The notes beneath the pieces were generated by a model, which worked only from the letters and a program-made list of their open reading frames with translations, had not been told where the DNA came from and did not search any database. This document shows, in pieces, positions 1-6,312 of a DNA stretch of 32,000 bases. Source of the DNA: Pirellula staleyi DSM 6068 (lineage in GTDB: Bacteria; Planctomycetota; Planctomycetia; Pirellulales; Pirellulaceae). Within the stretch, counting starts at the first letter, position 1; each line of letters begins with the position of its first letter. The stretch lies in contig CP001848.1 of the NCBI GenBank assembly GCA_000025185.1, positions 3,750,001-3,782,000 on the forward strand. The letters are read 5' to 3'. The position numbers and the translations under genes were made by a program.

Positions 1-49
1 GAGCAACCAAGCCACCGGCAGCCAATTTTCGAAAAACATTCGTGCTCAT
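1..49 (-). CDS. Probable 5' end of a gene that continues leftwards out of the window (N-terminus MSTNVFRKLAAGGLVA...)
   Basis: Minus-strand ATG at 49-47, with GAGAGGA 9 nt upstream. The frame is open to position 1 and the start is basic then hydrophobic. Only 16 codons are visible, so the call is tentative. Confidence 0.3.
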   Translation of the reverse strand, partial: MSTNVFRKLAAGGLVA

Positions 50-484
50 TAGCAACAATCCTCTCAAAGGTGAACGAAAAGAGGCCACTGGGCCTGTGTA
101 CTCAAATAGGAGTAGGCGCGAGGTTTCCCTTGAAAACCTAACCAACCCTAGCATGCAATTCAAGCAGTTTGGGAAGTATTTCCCGTTTGCGAAGACTGCA
201 TTCTTTAGCGAAAATTTTTCGACGGGAGCATTTCCGTAAGCTACAGCGCTGCCCAAGACAGGCTACTACGTAAGCTTATGCCAGAAAACAGCTTGCGCCG
301 TCAATTGCCAGCAAAACTCCTGTAACTACCCCATTATGGATAGTAGCCTGCCCCTAGTGCTAGCAATTAAGCGGGAGCTTGCAAGAAATGCCACGCTTTA
401 AATGGCTGTTTAAGTGGCGAAGCGCTAGGGTCTTTAGGAGCCAAGGCTCACTTTTGACGCGAACGCAATTTCTACAGAACTAAT

Positions 485-501
485 TCCCCAAAGAGTGGGG
501 A
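485..501 (-). terminator. Weak terminator-like hairpin downstream of the small membrane-protein gene
   Basis: TCCCCA(485-490) / 5-nt loop / TGGGGA(496-501), about 37 nt after the stop at 538. No clear U-tract follows on the minus strand. Confidence 0.2.
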
Positions 502-537
502 GAAGAAGTGTGTCGCAGCCAACCACTAGTTCTGGGC

Positions 538-801
538 CTAGGTTTCTGCGTCGTCGGCGTGCTCGGTGCGGCTGTTTTGCATCGCTTTCATCGCCATTCG
601 AATCAGCGTGGCAGCGGTGGCGATAATTCCCGCCACCATCAACGCACCACCTTGGAGCATCTGCGTTTGGCGAGTCTTCGTCAGGCTCTCCATCAACTCG
701 GCTTCGGCCCCAGCGGGTATTTCCATCCCCATCGCTGTGAAAAGTCGATAGGCCCCAACAACTGCGACTCCAATCGTGATGACGATCAGCGGAAACTGCA
801 T
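538..801 (-). CDS. Small membrane protein, 87 aa, two predicted TM helices, family not recognised
   Basis: ATG at 801 preceded by GAAGGTG. Hydrophobic segments FPLIVITIGVAVVGAYRLF and GGALMVAGIIATAATLI. Same strand as the PCMT-like gene and 94 nt downstream of it. Confidence 0.55.
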   Translation of the reverse strand: MQFPLIVITIGVAVVGAYRLFTAMGMEIPAGAEAELMESLTKTRQTQMLQGGALMVAGIIATAATLIRMAMKAMQNSRTEHADDAET

Positions 802-895
802 TTCACACCTTCATATCAAGCCATGGTGGCACCAAGAGTGTGCCGAAACGGGGGGCCCAAATTAACGGTCGGCGCTCAGGAATTCAGAACGACAT

Positions 896-2224
896 TTAGG
901 GGGCTGATGGAGTCTCTGAGGTTTCAGGGATTTCCGCAACTACTTTTTGCAGCGAAATCCCATCGAAGCTCGCCGTCCCCGTCGCGCCGAACAAACCGAT
1001 TCGCAATACACCTTCGCGTGTTTGCGCTGGAATGCGAATCTTCTTACTCTTCTCGGCCCAGTCATGTGTGCCGCGAAAGGGGCCCAGCAAGTGATGCCCC
1101 ATTTGCCGACGATTCTCGTCGTAAAGCGTCACAATAATATAAGCAATGTCATCTCGACCTGGGCCGTCGATCACGTTGTCGGTCTTCACCCACCCCTTCA
1201 TCTCCAGTTCGGGGACCTTACGACCATCAATGGCAAATCCTTGCAGCAAGTGCGAGCTTAAGCCTGGAACGGAATTAGTGAAGCTCACATGGTGTTTTCC
1301 GTCGGGGGAATTCTCGTCGGTCTCCCATCGAATATTCCGCTCGTAATACCAGCCAGGCTGACCACCTGCCGGAAACGCTTCCTGTTCGAAACTCCCGTTC
1401 GCGCACCGGGGATTCGCCGGATCGGGCTTAATTTCCCGGTTGTCCTCGGCTTTGCCCGTCATCGGCACAAACAGGGTGGGGAGGAGCGCTTCGGATTCGA
1501 GTTTTCCATTGCGTTTGCGAAACAGGTAGAGCGTCTGCTCGTAACGCTGTCCCACAGGAACCACCATCAGCCCACCTTCGACCAGTTGATCCTCCAGTGG
1601 TTTGGGAACTTTTTCGGGTGAGCAGGTAACAATAATTTTGTCGAACGGCGCGTGTTCTTCCCATCCCAGATAACCGTCACCCACTTTCGTAAAGACGTTT
1701 TTGTAGCCCAGCCGCGTAAGGGTTTTGGCAGCGTTTTTCCCGAGAGAATCGACAATTTCAATTGAGTACACCTCTTTGACGAGCGGACTCAAGATGGCTG
1801 CTTGATAACCCGAGCCGGTGCCGATTTCGAGCACCTTGTCGGTCGCTTGAGGCTGCAGCGACTCGGTCATGTAGGCCACGATAAACGGACTGCTGATCGT
1901 TTGCGAATCGCCGATCGGCAACGCCATGTCGAGGTAGGCATTCTTACGGTGCGTGATCGTGACAAATTCGTGCCGCAGCGTGTCGCGCATCGACTGAATC
2001 ACACGTTCGTCTTTGATCCCCGAACCAACGATAACTTCCTTCACCATGAAATTGCGGGCGGCGTCGTACTGCGCTTTCGTTTGTGCCGTCGCTGGCATGG
2101 CAGCCAACAGCAGCATCCATGTGGCAATCATCCAAACTAACTTCGCCCAAACCCCACGGACTCTCCCTAAGGAGCAGTCTGCCGGCACAGTTTGATGAGA
2201 GAGTTTGTGTTGCAATGGCTTCAT
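896..2224 (-). CDS. pcm: Protein-L-isoaspartate O-methyltransferase (PCMT) domain with an N-terminal signal-peptide-like segment and an extra C-terminal beta-rich domain of about 170 aa
   Basis: The ORF runs 896..2245 with TTG at 2245; the first ATG is at 2224. SAM motif VLEIGTGSGYQAA, plus DKIIVT and LVEGGLMVVPVG, typical of PCMT. N-terminus RVRGVWAKLVWMIATWMLLLAAMPATA/QT. The C-terminal tail (FEQEAFPAGGQPGWYY...ASFDGISLQKV) looks like a jelly-roll or CBM-like module (inference). Confidence 0.85.
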   Translation of the reverse strand: MKPLQHKLSHQTVPADCSLGRVRGVWAKLVWMIATWMLLLAAMPATAQTKAQYDAARNFMVKEVIVGSGIKDERVIQSMRDTLRHEFVTITHRKNAYLDMALPIGDSQTISSPFIVAYMTESLQPQATDKVLEIGTGSGYQAAILSPLVKEVYSIEIVDSLGKNAAKTLTRLGYKNVFTKVGDGYLGWEEHAPFDKIIVTCSPEKVPKPLEDQLVEGGLMVVPVGQRYEQTLYLFRKRNGKLESEALLPTLFVPMTGKAEDNREIKPDPANPRCANGSFEQEAFPAGGQPGWYYERNIRWETDENSPDGKHHVSFTNSVPGLSSHLLQGFAIDGRKVPELEMKGWVKTDNVIDGPGRDDIAYIIVTLYDENRRQMGHHLLGPFRGTHDWAEKSKKIRIPAQTREGVLRIGLFGATGTASFDGISLQKVVAEIPETSETPSAP

Positions 2225-2381
2225 GACGGCAACTTTCGTGAGCAATCGAAATACGCTGACGAGATTCAGGCGTCTCCGGCGTTGTCAGAATGGCTACAAC
2301 AGGAAAAACAGTTGTAGATCTTCTAACTCGACGAGGTCTTACGATCGTATCCAAGGTTGGAGGCTTACGCTCAACTATATC

Positions 2382-2927
2382 CTAGTGCTGATGCGGGGCT
2401 CGAGTCTCCGAGACACCGTACGCTTCTTTTTCAAACGGATTATCGAAATAGGGATCAAGACCGACACACCAGAGCCAGAGGGAATACCCCAGGTAAGCGG
2501 GTATGAAAAAAGGCCCGAGCAGTTCGTACTGCGCGACATGAATCGCCTCGTGCGAGCGTGTTTGGTCGAGTAGAGGTCGCGAACGGGCTAGAACGACATG
2601 CCCCAAGGTGATTGCCGACGCACCACCAGCGATCGGCATCTTGCCGAGAATCCAGGCCGGAACCCCACCCCAAAACTCAAGCACACGGCCAGTTCGCTGT
2701 GCGCCACCCCCGGTGGCGAGTCCCAGCAAACCAAACATCGCGCCGACCAGCGACCACGGCGCTGCCCAGGTGAGCAACCACAAAGTCCAAGCTCGCTGGG
2801 AAATGCGAGAATGCACGCGGTATCTCCAGGGACTACAAGGGAGATGGGAAAGTACGCACTCAAGCCGACGAGGGCCTGCAACAGGTGCCCGCGACGAAGA
2901 AGAATCCTCGGGGCTCGAAAGTTGCAT
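2382..2927 (-). CDS. Membrane protein with an HEAIH (HExxH) motif, uncharacterised family
   Basis: Conserved-looking C-terminal half: AITLGHVVLARSRPLLDQTRSHEAIHVAQYELLGPFFIPAYLGYSLW...DNPFEKEAY. Hydrophobic segments WTLWLLTWAAPWSLVGAMFGLLGL. Start uncertain: ATG at 2927 (chosen), alternative GTG at 2816, ORF-track start at 3011. Confidence 0.55.
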   Translation of the reverse strand: MQLSSPEDSSSSRAPVAGPRRLECVLSHLPCSPWRYRVHSRISQRAWTLWLLTWAAPWSLVGAMFGLLGLATGGGAQRTGRVLEFWGGVPAWILGKMPIAGGASAITLGHVVLARSRPLLDQTRSHEAIHVAQYELLGPFFIPAYLGYSLWLWCVGLDPYFDNPFEKEAYGVSETRAPHQH

Positions 2928-3104
2928 TTTCGCCGCTTCTTTCGGGTGACGCAAACCTCTCTTCAGGAAAACGATGACTTTCCAGCCGACTGTTTCTCGC
3001 TTGGGCGGCAACAGGGCGTTGCAACGTCGCGCTGGGGCCTAGTACGCTACACCACTTATCGCTCCGCACTTCCACTGGTCCTCTCTCGAAGCAGCAAGCA
3101 AACG

Positions 3105-3902
3105 ATGCGAAAAAATATCGTCAAAGAAAAGCTACATCGTGGTGAAGTTAGCTACGGCACTTGGCTTTCGCTGGGGGACCTCTATGCCACCCGCGTGCTA
3201 GCGCGCATGGGTTGGGACTGGCTGACACTCGATATCGAACACTCCGCAATCGACTGGTCGCAAGCGGCCATGATTTTTGGTGCCGTGGCCGACGCTGGAT
3301 GCGTGCCACTCGCGCGTGTCCCCGAGGGGCAGCATCACCTGATTAAGCGTGTGCTTGATGCCGGTGCCTGGGGGGTTGTCGTACCGATGGTCGACACCGT
3401 GGAGCAAGCCAAAGCGGCTATCGCCGCCGCTTATTATCCACCGGTTGGAAATCGAAGCGTCGGGGGTGGCATGCACGCCATGAATTTCGATGCCACCGCA
3501 GGAGACTACTACGCTCAAGCCAACGACAACATCTTGGTGGTGTTGCAGACCGAGAGTCCCCGTGGCGTCGCGAACGCCGAAGCAATCTATAGCCTGCCGG
3601 GGGTCGATGCCATTTTCATCGGTCCGAACGATCTGAGGTTCCAGATGCGCCAGCCCGATGGGACCTTTCCCACCGCAGAAGAGCACGAAGCTGCCGTGCA
3701 GGCGGTTATCGCTGCGGGTAAGAAAACGGGTTGTGCCACCGGCATACACGCCATGGACCCCGACAACGCCAAAGAGCGCGCCGCCCAAGGCATGCAGTTT
3801 CTGGCGGTCGGCAGCGACCTGCGGCTGATGACCCTCGAATCGCAGCGAACCTTGTCGGTGCTGCATCCCGATCGCTCGACCAAGGATTTGGCACGCTACT
3901 AA
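3105..3902 (+). CDS. HpcH/HpaI-family class II aldolase (2-keto-3-deoxy-acid aldolase type)
   Basis: Read from the internal ATG at 3105 (MRKNIVKEKLHRGEVSYGTWLSLGDLYATRVLARMGWDWLTLDIEHSAID...). Full-length resemblance to HpcH/HpaI aldolases. The upstream in-frame 169 codons are R/P/S-rich shadow sequence opposite the neighbouring gene. Confidence 0.85.
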   Translation: MRKNIVKEKLHRGEVSYGTWLSLGDLYATRVLARMGWDWLTLDIEHSAIDWSQAAMIFGAVADAGCVPLARVPEGQHHLIKRVLDAGAWGVVVPMVDTVEQAKAAIAAAYYPPVGNRSVGGGMHAMNFDATAGDYYAQANDNILVVLQTESPRGVANAEAIYSLPGVDAIFIGPNDLRFQMRQPDGTFPTAEEHEAAVQAVIAAGKKTGCATGIHAMDPDNAKERAAQGMQFLAVGSDLRLMTLESQRTLSVLHPDRSTKDLARY

Positions 3903-3975
3903 TCGTCTGCGAGTCTGGGCCTGTTTTCTTTGCAGCAATAATCCTCCCTAACCTCTCGCGGGAGCTACCGATCCG

Positions 3976-5217
3976 ATGGCAGTTTATCTCTTTGCAACGC
4001 TGGATACCAAAGGTCCCGAAGCGGAGTACCTCCGCGATGCCCTGCGCGCGATGGGTGTGCAAGTGGTGGTGGTTGATACCGGCTGCATCGGCTCTCCCTC
4101 GTTCAGTGGCGATGTTTCGCGGAACGAACTTTTCGTTCGCGCGGGGACATCACTCGCCGCTATGGTCGAAAAGAACGACCGTGGATCTGCGGTGACCAAG
4201 GCGGCTGAAGGTGCAGTGGTGATCGTTCGCGAAGCCCTGTCACGTGGAAATCTCGATGGTGTGATCGCCCTCGGAGGTTCCGCCGGCAGCACGATCGGCA
4301 CCGCAGCGATGCGTGCGCTCCCGATTGGGGTTCCGAAAGTGATGGTGAGCACATTGGCATCAGGCCAAACACGTCAGTTTGTTGGCGACAAAGATATCTT
4401 CATGCTCAATTCGATTGTCGACATCGCTGGAATCAACCGCGTTAGTCGCAAAATCTTGTCGCAAGCGGCGGCTGCGATGGCAGGTCTGGTTAAGCTTCGA
4501 CCTGCCGAGACGCAAACCAGCGATCGTCCGATCGTGGTTGCCAGCATGTTTGGCGTCACAACTCCCTGCGTCTTACGTGCCCGCGAAGTGCTTGAAAAAG
4601 AAGGGTACGAAGTGCTCGTGTTTCATGCGACCGGCAATGGTGGCCGGGCGATGGAGTCGCTTGTTCGGGATGGACTCGTTGCTGGTGTTCTCGATATCAC
4701 GACCACCGAACTGGCCGACGAACTTGTGGGGGGCGAACTTTCAGCGGGGCCTGAGCGTCTTACTGCCGCAGCCGCTTGTGGAGTTCCCCAAGTGGTCTCT
4801 GTCGGAGCTGTCGATATGGTGAACTTTGGGCCGCGTGAGAATGTTCCCGCAAAGTTTGAGGGGCGCAAATTCCACGTTCATAATGCGGTCGTTACGCTGA
4901 TGCGAACCACCCCCGAAGAAAACGCTAAGCTAGGTACCGAGATTGCTCAGAAAGTCTCCGCCTCCAAAGGTCCGGCGACCATCCTCTTGCCTCTACTCGG
5001 TGTATCAGCCATCGATCGTGAAGGAGGGGCGTTCTGCGACACAGCAGCCCGTGAAGCGCTTTTCCAGGGGATACGCGAGCATCATGGATCGACCAAGCTC
5101 ACAGAGATGAATCACCACATCAACGATCCAGAGTTTGCCGAAGCAGCTGCTCACGAGCTTCTCGAACTCATGCGATCGGTTGCTGTGAAGAAGGCGACGG
5201 CGTCGACCGTTGCCTAG
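3976..5217 (+). CDS. UPF0261-family protein (Tm-1-like N-terminal, ATP-binding-type domain)
   Basis: Characteristic N-terminus VYLFATLDTKGPEAEYLRDAL and a length of about 410 aa. GGGAG lies 12 nt upstream of the ATG. It is adjacent to its usual partner gene. Confidence 0.85.
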   Translation: MAVYLFATLDTKGPEAEYLRDALRAMGVQVVVVDTGCIGSPSFSGDVSRNELFVRAGTSLAAMVEKNDRGSAVTKAAEGAVVIVREALSRGNLDGVIALGGSAGSTIGTAAMRALPIGVPKVMVSTLASGQTRQFVGDKDIFMLNSIVDIAGINRVSRKILSQAAAAMAGLVKLRPAETQTSDRPIVVASMFGVTTPCVLRAREVLEKEGYEVLVFHATGNGGRAMESLVRDGLVAGVLDITTTELADELVGGELSAGPERLTAAAACGVPQVVSVGAVDMVNFGPRENVPAKFEGRKFHVHNAVVTLMRTTPEENAKLGTEIAQKVSASKGPATILLPLLGVSAIDREGGAFCDTAAREALFQGIREHHGSTKLTEMNHHINDPEFAEAAAHELLELMRSVAVKKATASTVA

Positions 5218-5334
5218 CTGTTTAGTTTCACTTTTTGGGGGGACAAGCCGGTTGGCACCGCCCCAGCGCTGCGCTCGTTTGCAGCAGTCATTGAACCCCG
5301 AAATCACTCACCTCTCTTGCTAGATTGAATCATC

Positions 5335-6174
5335 ATGGCACTCTTCTCACGAACAGAAATTCTTCTTCGACTTCGCGCTAAAGTGGCTTCGGGATTGCCC
5401 ATCGTTGGTGGTGGTGCCGGAACTGGTATCAGTGCCAAAATGTCGGAAGCAGGGGGTGTCGACCTGCTAGTGATTTACAACTCCGGCCGATTCCGGATGG
5501 GGGGGCGCGGATCGTTGTCGGGCATGATGCCGTATGGCGATGCCAACGCAATTGTGATGGACATGGCTCGCGAAGTGATTCCGGTGGTCAAGAAAACACC
5601 GGTGCTGGCTGGTGTCTGCGGAACCGATCCATTTCGCATCATGAAATTGTTCTTAAAGGAAGTTGACGCTGCTGGCTTCTCGGGCGTTCAAAACTTTCCG
5701 ACGGTAGGACTCATCGACGGTAATTTTCGCAAGAATCTCGAAGAGACCGACATGGGTTATGGTCTCGAAGTCGACATGATCAAGACTGCCGCCGAATTGG
5801 GCTTGCTCACCACTCCGTACTGCTTCAATCCTGACGAAGCAACCGCGATGGCCAAGGCTGGTGCCGACATCTTGATTCCACACATGGGGCTCACTACCAA
5901 GGGCTCGATTGGTGCTCAAACGACGGTGACGCTTGACGACTGCGTGACTGCAGTTCAGGCCATGCACGACGCCGCGAAACGGGTGAATCCCGAGATCCTG
6001 GTGCTGTGCCATGGAGGTCCGATCGCCGAACCGGAAGATGCGCAGTACATCCTTGATCGCACCGAGGGAATCGTCGGATTCTACGGCGCCAGTAGCATGG
6101 AGCGGCTGCCAGTGGAGCCTGCCATTGCCAATCGCGTCAGAGAGTTTACTCAGCTGCGATTCAAAAAGTCGTAA
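5335..6174 (+). CDS. PEP-hydrolase-like TIM-barrel protein (Tm-1-like C-terminal domain family)
   Basis: [51 protein letters not shown] is the hallmark N-terminal block of this family. 279 aa. Confidence 0.85.
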   Translation: MALFSRTEILLRLRAKVASGLPIVGGGAGTGISAKMSEAGGVDLLVIYNSGRFRMGGRGSLSGMMPYGDANAIVMDMAREVIPVVKKTPVLAGVCGTDPFRIMKLFLKEVDAAGFSGVQNFPTVGLIDGNFRKNLEETDMGYGLEVDMIKTAAELGLLTTPYCFNPDEATAMAKAGADILIPHMGLTTKGSIGAQTTVTLDDCVTAVQAMHDAAKRVNPEILVLCHGGPIAEPEDAQYILDRTEGIVGFYGASSMERLPVEPAIANRVREFTQLRFKKS

Positions 6175-6202
6175 GGAAGTGATGCAAATATCCTGACAAT
6201 AT

Positions 6203-6231
6203 TTGACAGTGTACGTGCATCATTAGAGAAT
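6203..6231 (+). promoter_or_regulatory. Candidate sigma70-like promoter for the sulfatase gene
   Basis: TTGACA (6203-6208), a 17-nt spacer, then GAGAAT (6226-6231), in an AT-rich 138-nt intergenic region about 80 nt upstream of the ATG at 6313. Consensus rules for this lineage are uncertain. Confidence 0.25.
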
Positions 6232-6312
6232 AACTTGTCAAGAATTATGCATTTATTGCTGTGTATTTATTGACGAAATCCTCAGTAGGCCTCTCTTCGG
6301 GAGTTTCGAGCG

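Noticed and set aside
84-90. GCCACTG, which resembles the cobalamin-riboswitch B12-box core, in the left-edge non-coding region.
   Set aside because: It is a 7-mer on the plus strand with none of the other conserved cobalamin-riboswitch elements around it. No plus-strand gene lies downstream for it to regulate. Most likely chance.
42-239. The 65-aa plus-strand ORF in the left-edge spacer, and the open plus-strand frame from position 1 to about 168.
   Set aside because: There is no SD-like sequence, the composition looks non-coding and the peptide is not recognisable. The minus-strand start at 49, with a good SD, explains the local signals better.
259-350. A 10-bp inverted repeat (259-268 / 341-350) and an 8-bp inverted repeat (30713-30720 / 30767-30774), considered as evidence for structured RNAs.
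   Set aside because: By rough expectation, window length times allowed spacing times 4^-n, several repeats of this size should occur by chance in 32 kb. They are kept only as context inside broader findings, not as features.
2598-3104. N-terminal extensions offered by the ORF track. They are 2598..3104 (aldolase), 15523..15741 (apgM), 13214..13360 (exported protein), 29655..29738 (DUF58), 19450..19506 (toroid protein), 11245..11256 and 2225..2245.
   Set aside because: The extensions are compositionally odd, overlap neighbouring genes or intergenic promoters, and precede the point where family homology or a clean signal peptide begins. Internal ATG starts, several with SD-like sequences or stop/start overlaps, fit better.
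3198-3938. Long antisense or alternative-frame ORFs. These include 3198..3938(-), 508..1137(+), 6811..7614(-), 13312..14097(+), 14371..14979(+), 15143..15703(-), 18169..18939(+), 27863..28732(+) and 30529..31215(+), plus the many 60-170-aa ORFs in the track.
   Set aside because: Each lies opposite or out of frame within a gene that has strong family-level sequence features. Their translations are R/S/P/A/C-rich, as expected for shadow frames in GC-rich DNA, and show no recognisable motifs. I treat them as non-coding.
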